DNA of 64,000 nt from Octopus vulgaris (taxonomy: Eukaryota). Location of the stretch: the NCBI GenBank assembly GCA_951406725.2, contig OX597825.1, positions 79,422,001 to 79,486,000 on the forward strand. Reading direction: 5' to 3'. Made by a program: the position numbers and the translations under genes. This document shows positions 28,598 through 42,583 of this stretch, piece by piece; position 1 is the first letter of the stretch, and the number at the start of each line of letters is the position of its first letter. The notes below the pieces were generated by a model. That model did no database searches. It was not told the origin of the DNA and was given only the letters and a program-made list of their open reading frames with translations.

Positions 28598-29222
28598 CTA
28601 TCGTCATCAGCATCATCATCAGTAAATATCCATTTGCCATGGTTGGATGGTTCAACTGGAATTGGTAAATCAAAAAGACAGCACCAAATCCTGCTGTCTG
28701 CTTCTGTGTACTTTACAATACCTATTTGAGTAATGGCACAAACACACAGGTGTAAAACGTCTTAGAAAATAACACTTTTAATTGTCATGTTCTATTGTTA
28801 TAACATGATGTCAGTTTGGCAAAGAAGTCCGTCTGTTTTGTCGATGAAGAAGTCTGTGCCGACCTAGTTCTAGCAACACTTTTAAGTTGAAAACTCTTTT
28901 GAACTGGCTTTACACATGGCAAATAAATCTGTTTGGTGAAAGGTGTGTAGTTAAATACAGAGAAGATTAAGTTTGGTTGGTTTGTTTGCTGTAGAAATCT
29001 ATTTAAAGATTCTCTTTTGACAAGTTTGGTCGTTAGTACTTAGTTTGTTAATTCGAAGCAGTAGTTATTTGTAAAACTGGAATTCTCAAATGCTTCAACT
29101 TAACAACTAGAATTATACCTGCAGAATACAAAAGAAGACAGAAAATAACTTAAAAGAAAAAAAAACAAACTGAAAAGCTCTGTGAAAGAGCTTTCCATCA
29201 TTTTAACTGTTAAGATGTTTAA

Positions 29223-29445
29223 CCCCTTAGCAGTTAATCTGGCCATATCCAACCCAAATATTCAGGTTGTTGTATGTTCAGACTGGCCAGATCTTGCTTC
29301 TCACACCTGCCCTACAATGTTATTCTAAAAATAAACAAACACTGCATTTGAAATTTCGAAGCTATGAGATAAATGCCAGATTAATTCAAAAGAACGTGGA
29401 TAAATAAGGATTACCATTTGACAGAATAATCTGAATGCCAAAGGG
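29223..29445. mobile_element. piggyBac-like MITE family 2 (related copies ~16363-16590, ~25040-25195, ~46100-46327)
   Basis: TTAA|CCCCTTAGCA ... TGCCAAAGGG|TTAA. Confidence 0.75.
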
Positions 29446-30694
29446 TTAAAGCATTAATTTTACCATTTCTATGTATTAGGAATATGTAGAAACGATTTTG
29501 TGTTGGTGCCACTTAGAAAACACCCGTGCCAGTGCTGCGTAAATGTACTTGTGTTGGTGGCTTGTAAAATATACCCAGAACATTCTCTTAAGTGGTTGGC
29601 ATTAGGAAGGGCATCCAGACTTAGAAACCATGCCACAGTTGGAGTCTGGACAGCTCCCTGATAGCCAGCTCCATGTCAAACTGCCCAAGCCATACCAGCA
29701 TGGAAAGTGGACATTAAACTATGATGTTGATGATGATGATTTTGTCCAAGACCATCTGTATTTCAGTTGGTTTATGATTAATCCTTTTCTTATTTCTTTA
29801 CTGCCCACAAGGGGCTACACACAGAGGGGACAAACAAGGACAGACAAACAGATTAAGTCGATTATATCAACCCCAGTGTGTAACTGGTACTAATTTAATC
29901 GACCCCGAAAGGATGAAAGGCAAAGTTGACCTCGCTCAAAATTTGAACTCAGAACGTAGCAGCAGATGAAATACTGCTAAGCATTTCGCCTGGTGTGCTA
30001 ACGTTTCTGCCACCTCACCACCTTATGATTAATCCTTTTGGTAACAACCTGTGCCTAGAGTAGAAAAGAATAATTTTATTACTGTATCATATTGCCACCC
30101 TCCCATCTTTCCCCTGCCTGGCACCTTGCTGCAGCCTCAGACCCTATCTATGGCTTACAGCTGGTCATCTCATAGACACTCCCAGTTTTCCTCTTTGTTA
30201 TAAACCAGACTCTCCACTTCCTCTTTGTTATAAACTCATCACCTAGGACCACCCTGCACCTGTGTCTACCTAAATCTAGTGGGTGGCTCTTTCACTTTCT
30301 GTATCTTCCTTCTCCGGATGGCCTTGTGTCAATGAGTCTGTCTAGCTCTGATTCTGTTGTCATTAGCGATATATTCTTCCCCGAGGAAACACTTGATATT
30401 CACAACCATCTGTCTATCCCGTTTCCTCATGATAGTGCAGTGTTTGGTTTTTGCTTGTTTGTCTTACTGATAGTGGTTAAGTGGTTGGGTGGTTTCCTGA
30501 AGTTAGTCTTACAGACGTTTGGGTTGTTTGTGTCATTGTGTGTGTGTGTGTGTATATCATCATCATCATCAGCATCACCATCATTTAATATCTGTTGTTC
30601 ATGCTGGCATCAGTTGGATAGTTTGACGAAGACAGCACACAGACTCTAGTCTGATTTGGTATGGTTTTTATGGCTGGATGCCCTTCTTAACACC

Positions 30695-30744
<50 letters not shown>

Positions 30745-30746
<2 letters not shown>

Positions 30747-31297
30747 GCAAGCGAAATCGAATCGAACCAGCCAGGTTCCCTGGTCTGGTGGTACGTAAAA
30801 AACTATCCGACTCGTGGCCGATGCCAGTGCCGCCTCCACTGGCTTCCGTGCTGGTGGCACGTAAAATACACCAATCTGACCGTACAACAGGCACCCATGC
30901 CAACCCCCTTGCTTGCGAAGACATGTTGGGGCAAGCGAAATCGAATTCGAATTGAACCAGCCAGGATCCCTGGTCTGGTGGTACGTAAAAAGCACCATCC
31001 GACTCGTGGCCGATGCCAGCACCGCCTCGTCTGGCTTCCGTGCCGGTGGCACATAAAATACACCAATTCGACCGTGGCCGTTGCCAGCCTCGCCTGGCAC
31101 CTGTGCAGGTGGCACGTAAAAAGCACCCACTACACTCACGGAGTGGTTGGCGTTAGGAAGGGCATCCAGCTGTAGAAACACTGCCAGATAAGACTGGAGC
31201 CTGGTGCAGCCTTCTGGCTTCCCAGATCCCTGGTCGAACCGTCCAACCCATGCTAGCATGGAGAACGGACGTTAAACGACGATGATGATGATGATGA
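30745..31297 (+). mobile_element. (GAT)n-tailed retroposon family with internal ~60-bp tandem units. Other copies: ~3265-3600(-), ~9560-9780, ~16640-16875, ~21690-21880(-), ~23040-23510, ~34380-34730(-), ~46690-47047, ~58430-58700
   Basis: Shared 3' block AAAAGCACCCACTACACTC..GGAAGGGCATCCAGCTGTAGAAAC..CCAACCCATGCTAGCATGG..GTTAAACGAT(GAT)n. Confidence 0.85.
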
Positions 31298-31702
31298 TAT
31301 ATATATATACACACTCACACAACGGCAGTGCATCAGCATGGCTGCAGCTCTGAGCTGAAACTAGAGAGTAAAAAAAAAATATATATATATATATATATAT
31401 GTGTAAAATGAGATAGGGGTTGTAAATTCAACCCTCCATGGGATAACATATATCCAATGTATAATATCATTGCTATTGTGTAGTGTTTTAATAAAGTATT
31501 GATTCGGTATTATCTGATAGTTGATGATTGATTTAGATATATTTCTCCATTTTCTCATTTTGTATATATATGTGTATATACATATGTATATATATGTATG
31601 TTTATATATAGAGATATGTATATATATATATATATATATATGCATGTATATATATATATATATGTGTGTGCGTAAATGTGTGTATATGTATATGTAAATG
31701 TG

Positions 31703-31733
<31 letters not shown>

Positions 31734-31749
31734 TGTGTGTGTGTGTGTG

Positions 31750-31861
<112 letters not shown>

Positions 31862-31872
31862 ATATATATATA

Positions 31873-32003
<131 letters not shown>

Positions 32004-32155
32004 TATTAATTAATTCGACCGAGCAGTGTTCGGTATGTAAAATGACCATTTACGGTATATTTGAAATATTACTTTATAAAAATTTTTGGCTGCTATTTCT
32101 AAAAAGCTCAGTGTGTGGTAAAGTAAATTATTTCACTTTACCCTATTTTTATAAA

Positions 32156-32193
<38 letters not shown>

Positions 32194-32564
32194 TTATTTA
32201 TATTTCCTGAGCGCCATACTAATACAATTGTTTGTTTGTATTCCACCTGCCTTCATCTTTTGTTTATTTTCATAAAACTTCCCGTTATATATATATATAT
32301 ATGTATGTTTAACGAAGGGGAACATGAAACCCTGTGTAGCAGTTTTTTTTGTGATACTTTTGCAGCTTTGATAAAGATAAAGCATATAGCTCTACCTCCG
32401 GTATTTGATTACTATTTTTTTCCCCCACCTTGTTTCACATTTATGTGCTTACATTGTTATGTATATATATATATATATATGAGAGAGAGAAAGAGAAGGG
32501 CTGATAGTCAGTAGGTAAATATATCAAAGGTTATCATTTAAGTATTTAGAACATAATTCCAAAC

Positions 32565-32613
<49 letters not shown>

Positions 32614-32692
32614 TCTGACAGATAATAGATAAACTGATGAAAGGTTACTATTATGTAAGCAATTAAAAGGTAGTTTCAGGTCGTGTTTTTAT

Positions 32693-32731
<39 letters not shown>

Positions 32732-32806
32732 CACACCACATTTAGTTGATGCATGGGCATTCTCAAATGCCAGATTAAAAATTCTTAAATGTAATAAATA
32801 TAAATA

Positions 32807-33286
32807 CAGTGATCCCTCGCTACTTTGAATTCAGGACTTCACGAATTTTTAAAATATATATATATGAACGCCTAAAATTTTTCATTAAATCCATTAAAAT
32901 ATTAATAATAAATATTATTTCCTAGTCTAGGAACAACAAAACAAGCGTAAAATAGCAAAAAGCATATACAGGGGTATTTGGACTTAAAACGGGCTGTGAT
33001 TGGTGCAATGGAGAGAGACGACGAATCACAGGTTTCTATTTTGCAATCTGGCCTGTGTAACAGTAACAATCTTTATTTTTTTAAATCCAAAGTGTTATTG
33101 CTTAACAGTTGTCCTTGTTATTAATAGACTACTTTAAAGGGTGGGTTGTTAACAGTACAGGGAGGGTTTTAAGAGTCCAAATACACGTTAAATAAATACT
33201 GTAAATATGGTGTCCCTACTTCACGGAAATTCAGTTATCGCGGCCGGTCTCAGAACCAATCTACCGCGATAAACGAGGGATCACTG
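32807..33286. mobile_element. pogo/Tigger-like MITE
   Basis: TA|CAGTGATCCCTCG ... CGAGGGATCACTG|TA; 13-bp TIRs with TA target duplication. Confidence 0.85.
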
Positions 33287-36110
33287 TATTCTAATATATT
33301 TTACTTTGTTTCATTCCACTTCATTCATTTCCTTGGAAAATTTAAAACCATATTGAAAAACCATATTGTTTCAAGAACTTAAAAGCCGCCACTGTTTGTG
33401 CCAATTTCAGGAATGAGATTTTTTTTTATGTCTGCCTTTTAACAAAATATATTTTGGTGGAATTTAGAAATGGAGCAGCTGACACAACTTCTCAATCTGA
33501 TTTATGTACTTTTGACATATATGTTCATTGTAACATTGATTATCTCTGCTGTGTTTCCCCATCTGTTTTTTCTCTCTCCTTCATCATGAGCATTCTCTGT
33601 TCAAATGTCATCTGCTTTGAATGCACTGCAAAATGGTCTTGTTCTAATCAGCTTGAAAAATAGCAAAATAAATTATTTTGATCAAGAAAACTTGGGCAGC
33701 TGTATTTCACGAGATTTATGGTTCTCATTATAACATATATTTATGTGTGTATATATAACGATACATGCATTCTCTTGACAACTGTGTAGTCAAAAGCACA
33801 ATTAAGAATATGAAGAAAGAGAGGGCCTCTTGGTCATGTGCTAATCACGTCCATTGTAATTGGGATACTATAGGGAGATGTCATACACAATGACCAGCAA
33901 AGAACTATCATTGTCAACTGCTACAAGGACAAAAGAGATGGTATTGAGAGAGATATCTACACAGAGATTGAATTAAACCAGCCACCATCATCATCATCAC
34001 TTATCATCTGTTTTCCATGCTGGCATGGGTTGGACTGTTTGACAGAAGCTGATCAGCTATTATCAAATAATAGTCCAATCTACCTAGGGGCCCATTATAG
34101 ATTTTTATTGAAAACCAATTAGCCTATAATTGAACTGGATGTAAGTTTAACATGTATGCAAAGTTTCATCAAGATTGGTTCACTGGTGTAGGCAGCAAAA
34201 TGGTAACAGACAGATCAACAAACAGAAATTGCCATCTATGTATAAGATATATAAAACGCAGGTGACGCTGAGTGGTTAAGAAGTTTGCTTTCCAACTACT
34301 TCATTTCAGGTTCAATCCCATTGCGTAGCACTTTTGGCAAGTGGATTTGGTAAGACAGGACCTGAAAGAAACCTGTTATCATCATCATCATCATTTAGCG
34401 TCTGCTTTCATGGGTTCAACGGTTTGACTGAAACTGGCAAGCTGCACCAGGTTCCAATCTGATTTGGCATGGTTTCTATGGCTGGAGGCCCTTCCTGGCA
34501 CCAACCACTCCAAGAGTGTAACGAGTGCTTTTTATGTGCCAGTCATGTGACACTGGCATCAGCCACGACTACGACTTCACTTGGCTTGACGAGTCACTTA
34601 TCATTGCTTCCATGAAACCCAAAGTTCAAAGGGTGCTTTCTGTGTGCCACCAGCACGGGTGCCTTTTATGTGACACTGGCATCAGCCATAACTATTGTTT
34701 CATTTGGCTTGACAGGTCTTCTCAAGCACAGCATATGTATGTATGTATGTGTATGTATGTATGTATGTGTGTGTATCTATGTGTGTGTATGTATGTATGT
34801 ATGTATGTGTGTGTATCTATGTGTGTGTATGTATGTATGTATGTATGTATGTGTGTGTATCTATGTGTGTGTATGTATGTATGTATGTATGTATACACAC
34901 ACACACATGTGTGTGTGTGTCTTTGTTTGTCTAATCCCTTCAGAGCAGTGCCTCAACTTGGCTGCAATCCAATTAGTGAAACAATTAAAAGGTCGATCAT
35001 AAATAAAAGACATCACCTTTTGTAAGGGAAGTGTACTTTAGAATATTCCAATCCTAGATATACTGTGTCTGACAAAAAAAAAATAACCATGATGAGATGG
35101 TCATAACTGGAGCATCATTGATCACAGATCTGCTTGATCAGGTTTGACCAGGTACTACACAACAACAACAGCAACAACAACAATTGTGAGCAACATAACA
35201 AAGTGTGTTTATTTCAAAGTTTCATGAACTAAATCCAGTGGAAATTGTGCCAACTTTTAAATTATTCTGAATTATCTTTGGTAAGTGATTTGAAAATGTC
35301 AAGTACCATTTAACTTTCTAATTTTGTGACAGTGACCTTTCACATTGACCTCTTTGTTGTTGTATGTAGTTATTGTATTTTTTTTCTGTTTTACCTTATT
35401 CTTTTTTTATTTCTTTTTATTTTTCCTGTGGGATACATCTCCCACAACCTTTAAAACTTTCACAGTAGAATGGTAACGCCTCTACCACCAAAGGTTCTGT
35501 GTACTTTTATATGATTCCATTTGCTTAGATCTTGTGTCTTTGAATCAAATGTCAAGTTAGGGGTTCCAACAAGGTGCTGTTCTGATCTAACTTTCTGTTA
35601 CTATTTTCTTTTTCCAACATACAAGTCAACATAGTATATATAGTTTAAACGTGAAGTGTAAGCATTCCAACATTGTCTCTATCTTTCCAAATCTTGCTGC
35701 ATTTCACATGGAATTTTTCATTCCATAAAATTATTTTGGTGTATTAGTCAACCTACCTTTTTTGGGGTTGTAAATTTTGGCCTGAAAAATTCAACCTGTA
35801 TACTGGAATATGCAGTAATTGTAGATGGAAACATACTGACTAAAAGACCACAGATCATTATTGTAAAGATTGGTACCGGATGATTTTATGATTCAGATAT
35901 TGTCATCACTTGTTCCACTGATTGAACTGTTGTTACCAGTTTTCAGAGGTTCTTTTAATCACACATTTGCTACCTAAGAATTATATGGATTTTATCATTT
36001 GTACCTGTTGAGTTTTTGATTGAAATAGTGTTACTAGGTAAGCTTATGAGCAAAACATTCTTAGCAGGGGCTAAACAAAATCTGAACTACAAAATAATAA
36101 TAATAATGAT

Positions 36111-36270
36111 ATAGAAGACCTACAAAAATCAACATTGCTTGGAACTGCAAGAATTCTTCACAGGGTTCTTGAAGCTTGACCAGTAAACCAGTGTCACCTT
36201 AGTCTGCTGGCTGTGGAAAGCTGACATTTTCCATCATACCCAAGAAAATAAGCTGAAAAAGTTCATCAAA
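36111..36270 (+). mobile_element. R4/Dong-like (RLE) LINE 3' fragment within (TAA)n
   Basis: IEDLQKSTLLGTARILHRVLEA* flanked on both sides by AAT repeats. Confidence 0.7.
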
Positions 36271-36533
36271 TAATAATAATAATAATGATAATGGTTTCAA
36301 ATTTTTCCACAAGGGCAGCAATTTTGGGGGACAGGGTGAGTTGATTACATTGATCCCGCCTCCTGTGTTCAACTGGTTCGTATATTATTAACCCTGAAAG
36401 GATGAAAGGATGAAAGGCAAAGTTGACCTTGGTGGAATTTGATCTCAGAATGTAGCAACAGGTGAAATACTGCTAAGTATTTTGTCCAGCACATTAATGA
36501 TTCTGCCAGTTTGCCACCTTAATAATAATGATA

Positions 36534-36577
<44 letters not shown>

Positions 36578-36623
36578 CGTAATAATAATAATGATAATAA
36601 CAATGATGATGATGATGATACTG

Positions 36624-36860
36624 CCAATTATTGTCGGGTCCTTGGAGATAGTATTAGAAGGCATCAAGGGGAATATAAAGGAAATTGGAATAGAGTAGAA
36701 CTGTTACAAAAGGTTTGCCTCATTGGTATGGCCAGAATAATCAGGAGAGTATTAGATAGTTGGAAAGAATGGATAGCATGGTACCACAGGGTGCAGGCAG
36801 CAAGCCCACTATGCATGCAAGTCTCCAGGAGCTCCAACAAAACCTGAGATAAAAAGAAAA
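36624..36860 (+). mobile_element. Second, divergent R4/Dong-like LINE 3' fragment
   Basis: PIIVGSL..., frameshift, then VELLQKVCLIGMARIIRRVLDS; flanked by AAT/GAT repeats. Confidence 0.65.
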
Positions 36861-36909
36861 GTGATGAAGTGATGATGATGATGACAATAATAATGTTTTC
36901 TCCTTTCAG

Positions 36910-36988
36910 AATGAATCCCGCCGCTCTGAGATGTTAGCTGCAGCATGCGCTGTTGGTGTTGCTTGCACGTTTGCTGCACCAATTGGAG
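36910..36988 (+). CDS. CLCN2: ClC-2-like exon F: [27 protein letters not shown]; phase 0-1
   Basis: cctttcAG / GTgagt; near-identical to ClC-2 [27 protein letters not shown]; 79 nt. Confidence 0.97.
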
Positions 36989-38377
36989 GTGAGTACTTTG
37001 TTGTTGCAGTTAAGCCTTGGTCGTCCTTGACCTAGTAGGCCTATGGTCAAAAGTATTCCAGCCATGACCGACCCTTCTTTTGGTTATCTAAGTCTACTCC
37101 TTCTATTAAAATAGTGAAGTATGAGTTTAAAGAGTTTAACTGTTATTTTTAGCATGTCCAGTGGCTGCACAGTGGTGGTGTTTTTGTTTGTTTTGGCAGT
37201 TACTTGTATATGTTAAGATCTCTATTGGTCAAGTCTGGCCACACCTCTGTACATGTATTCACAAGCCTTGGTTAAGATTTCATGAGGAAGATTGACATTG
37301 TCCCTGCAGGCTAGTCCCCCCTTTCCATGCCACCCATGTTTATCCAAGGGAAAGGTTGTTGTCTTATGGCAAAGGCCCACAACTCTTGGGCCAGAAACCA
37401 GTTCCAGGCTATGGATCATCTGGTACTTGACTGCACAGAAAGAATAAATCTCTTAATTTTATTTCTATTTCATCCAATATCACAGTCTGCAGAGTGTTTT
37501 TGCACCATTTCTCTGTTATAGAAGTAATACATATGTATTATATATGTAATAATTAAATTAATATATTATGCACTTTATTGTGTTTTGTTATGTGCATAAC
37601 ACCCCAGTCTGTGGAAAAATTGCCTTGCATGGAATTGGTCCATGGCGCCAAAAAGTTTGGGGACTGCTGCCTTAAGGTTTATATGCCTTGACACTTGTGT
37701 AGTCACTGGTGTTATTGTCAGACCACAAAGGGCTGTAACAAATAACATTAAGTATCGTTCTATATTTAAGAGATGAGGAATTATCTACATTATTTACATT
37801 ATTTACATTTGACAGATATTTGTTAGCAACAAAGAAGATGAGGACAAATATCCGTAAAATGTAAATAATGTAAATAATGAACATTGGGTATCTTTGCCTG
37901 CCTCTGCTTATTTTCACCTGACTATGCATTGATACCATGTGGTTAATGGAATTCTATTTGTCCCTTGTAAAAGCAATACCAATATGTCTAAATAACCCAG
38001 CAGTTTCAACAAGTAAAGATCAGTGCGAAAAAAAAAAACCCTTACTTGCAATATAGGTAAAGGTTAGCAACAAGAGGTGCATCTAACTGTGCATCTAACT
38101 GCTTCAATAAGTCTCACTCAACCCATGCCAGCATGGATAAAAGCAAGCATAAAAACTAGGTAGATGATGATTATGTTGATGGTTGTTGAGGAAAGCCCCT
38201 GTTGTGGTGAATGATCCTTTGTTTGTTGTTATACTTCTCAATAGATGTGTTGTGAACTGTGAAGAACTTTTTAAAAGCTTATTTTGATCAGTAAAAACTC
38301 CCTATTGTTTCCATCTGAGACCTCATTTAACAACATTGATTGTTTTTTTCTTTCTTTTTTTTTATTCTTCTGACCAG

Positions 38378-38503
38378 GGGTATTGTTCAGTATTGAAGTA
38401 ACAGCCACATTTTTTGCTGTCAGAAACTACTGGAGAGGGTTTTTCTCTGCTGTGTGTGGGGCACTTATTTTTAGGTTATTGGCATTTTGGTTTAAAGACG
38501 AAG
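38378..38503 (+). CDS. CLCN2: ClC-2-like exon G: [42 protein letters not shown]; phase 1-1
   Basis: Polypyrimidine tract, ccAG / GTaagt; LFSIEV and VRNYWRGFF motifs; 126 nt. Confidence 0.98.
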
Positions 38504-39540
38504 GTAAGTTTCTCAACTAAACACTTCTTTATTTTTTCATCAGCTATTTCTTCCTGTAACTTTCCTTGGGGAAGGTTGGGGGGGGGGGGCACACACTATA
38601 AAGGGCCACAGAGAATTAAAGGGATTAATAATTATTTTCATAAGGGTGGTCTCTTGGGCAGGTTGCTATTTTTGTGCACAGGCATGGCCACGAGGTTAAG
38701 AAGCTTGTTTCTCCATCCGTGTGGTTTTGAGTTCAGTCTCAGTGTGTAGTATCTTGGGGTAAATATATTCTACTATAGCCCTGGGCCAACCAAAGTCTTG
38801 TGAATGGATTTGGCAGATGGAAACTGGAAGAAGCTTCTCATATGTAATATATATGTATGCGTTTGTGTGTGCCCTTGTTTTAATATCACCTGATGATTGT
38901 AAATGAGCATCACCATCCAAGAAGTGGTGTGGTTTCATTTCTTGCCTTCTTTGAAAGACATGTCTGGTCATAGGGAAATATTACCTTACTTGGAAACAAA
39001 TGAAGGTTGGTGACAGGAAGGGCATCCAGCTGTAGAAAAATATGCTTCAGCAGGTTCTGTCCAACTCATGCCAGCATGGAAAAGTGGATATTAAAATGAC
39101 GCTGAGGATGAACGTCAAAAAAGCCGACCTCTTCAAGAACGTTCACATACTCTTCTTTGAATCTTGAGTGGAAGCCATAATGGGGGTGAGTGTGGAGGAA
39201 GGGGCGCAGGCGAGGAAACAGACTTGTCAAGACTTGGTTGTGGACAGTAGCGGCAGACCTAATATATATATATATATGGCCGTGGTCCAAGAACAGGTTC
39301 ATGACAGGTCTTGTGATCATGCTGAGGTGGAGAGCTCTCACTATCTAATTCTCCATGGGAAGTGGTAGGCAGCTGGTCTATGACTTCCTTGTCTGTTATA
39401 ACCTGATTGGGCAAGTGTCCTTCTGTTATAGCTCTGAACTGGTGTGTGAATTTGGTAGGTGGAAACTTGATGAATCCCAATATTTTTTTTCTGTTATTTT
39501 CAATATTCTGTCATTTGTTTGAAATATTTTCTTGTTGCAG

Positions 39541-39625
39541 AAACCATAACAGCTTTATTTAAGACAACTTTAAGAACAGAAGTGCCATTTGATGCTCTTG
39601 AATTGATCATTTTTGCAGGAATTGG
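39541..39625 (+). CDS. CLCN2: ClC-2-like exon H: ETITALFKTTLRTEVPFDALELIIFAGIG; phase 1-2
   Basis: ttgcAG / GTaaat; ETITALFKT...PFD..EL motif; 85 nt. Confidence 0.96.
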
Positions 39626-40380
39626 GTAAATACGACTGTATTCTTATATCCATCCATCCATCTATCCAGCCAGCCATCCATGATGGTGTGTGTGTGTGTG
39701 TGTGTGTGTATTTCTCCCTCCCTTCTCTCTCTAGCACTACACTAATTAACGTAATCCCCCTATTTTGAAGAATGTTGTGTGATTTGAGAGAGATTTGGCT
39801 GCTATTTCTAGCAGGTTGTTATTATGGTGGGTTGTGATCTATAGTTCCACATTCACTCTGTCTGAGCAGATATATATGCTCACAGGAATTTCACCTGTGA
39901 CCATTTTTCAGGAACCAGACTGCTGTGAATTTTTGTATATCAAAGACTACACTGTCCAATGTTACCTTCTCTTTTTAAAGTGGTATGGTGTGAGCTGAAA
40001 GAGATTTGGCTGGTATTTCTAGTAAAACTGTCACACAAACACTCCCTTCTATGAATTTTGTATGTTGTCTGTAACCCTGTGTCATACAACTCCTTGAAAC
40101 TAGACAAGGTGGTCCCTCTTTATGTGTTCGGTTCATTCAAGAAATAAAAAAAAACCCAAAAAACCTGCTATCTTTTGTCCTTTATTTGTTTCAGTCATTG
40201 GACTGTGGCCATGCTGGGGCTCCACCTTGACAGGTTTAACCAAATAAATCGATCCCAGTACTTGATTTTTACTTTTTATAAGCTTAGTACTTACTCCATT
40301 AGTGTCTTTTGCTGAACCACTAAGTTATGTGGATGTAAACAAACCAACACCAGTTGTCAAGCAAGCAGTGAATTAGAGGA

Positions 40381-40431
<51 letters not shown>

Positions 40432-40450
40432 AGATACACACATACATATA

Positions 40451-40625
40451 TACAAGGGGGTGCTGAAAAGATCCTTGTTTTAAGGGTATCATGAAAGGCC
40501 TCAAGTTCTTTTACAGGGCTTAGAAAAACTGAAGGACCGCTGCAATAGGTGTATGAATCTGAGAGAGGAACATATTGGATAAAATCCTAATTAACTGATC
40601 CTCCTGTATTTGCTTTTACCCAAAA
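40451..40625 (+). mobile_element. Mariner relic (one TIR-like end plus transposase C-terminus)
   Basis: TACAAGGGGGTGCTGAAAAG end; frame LQGLEKLKDRCNRCMNLREEHIG* resembles the mariner C-terminus GIxKLxxRWxKCxxxxGxYxE. Confidence 0.6.
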
Positions 40626-42233
40626 AAGTTGCCCAACCTGATGATGACGATGACGATGGTGGCACTGGTTATTCTTTCATAAAAACTTAGTAACTTCGTT
40701 TTATACTTATCCATTTAATTATAATCCACTTTGTGCTGTAATTACTGGCTTTATTAAGTAGGTACATTACAGCATTTTTAAGTAGGAGCAGTAATCTATA
40801 AATCCAGCTCAGAGTATTGGTTTACTACTAAATATAGGAAGCTTGCGTTTCATGCAATTCGGTTATACGTACACACATACTTGTGTTATTTTATTATGCA
40901 CAAATATACAGCTACAGATATATACGCACGGAAATATGCGCAATCAGCTGTACATAGATGTGCACATACAGAAACATTTGTGTGTGTGTGTGTGTGGTGT
41001 GTGTGTGTGTGTGTGCATATACATGTATGTATGTGTGTGTGTATGTGCATATGTATATGTGTGTGTGTATGTATATATGTGTATGTGTATACGTGTATGT
41101 ACATATAGATATGTGTGTATTTATATATATATGTGTGTGTGTATGTATATGTATGTATATGTATGTATGTATATATATATGGATGTGTATGTGTGTATAT
41201 ATATATGTATATATTGTGTGTATGAGTATGTGTGTATATCTATATATATATGTGTGTGTGTGTATATATATGTGTATGTATATATATATATGTGTATGTA
41301 TATATATATATATATATGTGTATATATATATGTATGTGTGTGTATGTATATGTGTGTGTGTATGTATATGTGTATATGTTTGTGTGTATATATATATATA
41401 TTTGTACCCACACACACATACAGATTAATTTCAGTGGTATTGCTTTGCACTAGTGTCATTATTCATCATTATTCATTATCTTCTTATTTCAAAGCAATTA
41501 AAACTTGATAATTTACACAAAACAGCAGGGAAAAGAATTACAGAAGCCAATGAGAAACTTCATAAACATTGCTTGTGCCGTTAGAAATAGCAGCTAAATT
41601 TTTCTTAATCCTTTTCATACCAACCTTCTAGAAAGTGCCCCAAATTTTATGATACAAATTCCTCATTTTAAAGGGATATAAATGAAATCCACCCATTAGT
41701 ATTGAATATATTTATATATTTATTTATTTAACAAATTTTTCATTATTTTAAAAAGCTATTAACACAAAGGCAGTGAAGTTTTAATAGAAATATGGTCGTG
41801 AAAAGTTTTGAGGTCCTATCTTACCAGTCTCGAAAATTTACAGATGATTTATTAGATAATGAGGTTGTAGATGTACTGAGCCTAAAAATAGATGGACTGG
41901 TCACAGCTAGAGTGTCTTTGGTCTTATATCTATTGAATGGGTGTTGACTTGGGGGTCAAAAAACTATACCATCATTAACAATATAGGAATCAGGTTGGTC
42001 AGATTTGGATAAGTCTTACTTCTGTTTCTTTCCACATTTGATCTTTAGTTCTTACCTTGAACAAGATTTTCAACTCTTCATCATCATTGAACAGTGGTTG
42101 GAGTTTGATTTACAATTCCTTTATTGCACCATCTGAACAACAAATGACCCCTGGTGACTCTATTGACTGGCACTGTGGGCTCCTCATGCAATTTTCATTG
42201 GAGAACTTAAAAATACTTCTTACAAGACACATC

Positions 42234-42583
42234 TTGTAGTAAAGATTGTTTGCCAACATAACATGGCAGTCCTGGTTTAAGATGAATATTGCTGTAATTT
42301 AGCCCCAGGAGACATCGTCTCCAGCTGACTATATGACACGATCTGTGTCCTTACATTTTCAAACAATTATTCTGTGCTGATGAAGGGAAATAACCTGGAA
42401 ATTGCAGTACACAGATATTGTTTTGAGCTGAGTGGGGGTGCTAGATTCCCTTACTTGAAAATATAAGGACACAGATCGTGTTGTATAGCCAGCTGGAGAC
42501 AGTGTCTCCTGGGGCTAAATTACAGCAACATTCATCCTAAACCAGGACTGCTATGTTATGTTGGCAAACAATCTTTTCTACAA
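42234..42583. repeat. ~129-bp imperfect inverted repeat (42234-42362 / 42455-42583)
   Basis: TTGTAG.AAAGATTGTTTGCCAACATAAC...TTTTCAA against its reverse complement. Confidence 0.92.
42371..42415 (+). ncRNA. Candidate minimal type-I hammerhead in the loop of a ~129-bp inverted repeat
   Basis: TCTGTG-CTGATGA-AGG/CCT(G)-GAAA-TTGCAG-TA-CACAGA; perfect 6-bp stem I, GUA site, one extra nucleotide in stem II. Confidence 0.6.

Noticed and set aside
30678-31259. 165-190 aa ORFs and a CRISPR-like repeat-spacer appearance
   Set aside because: Degenerate tandem units inside a eukaryotic retroposon. The 'spacers' are homologous to each other and there are no cas genes.
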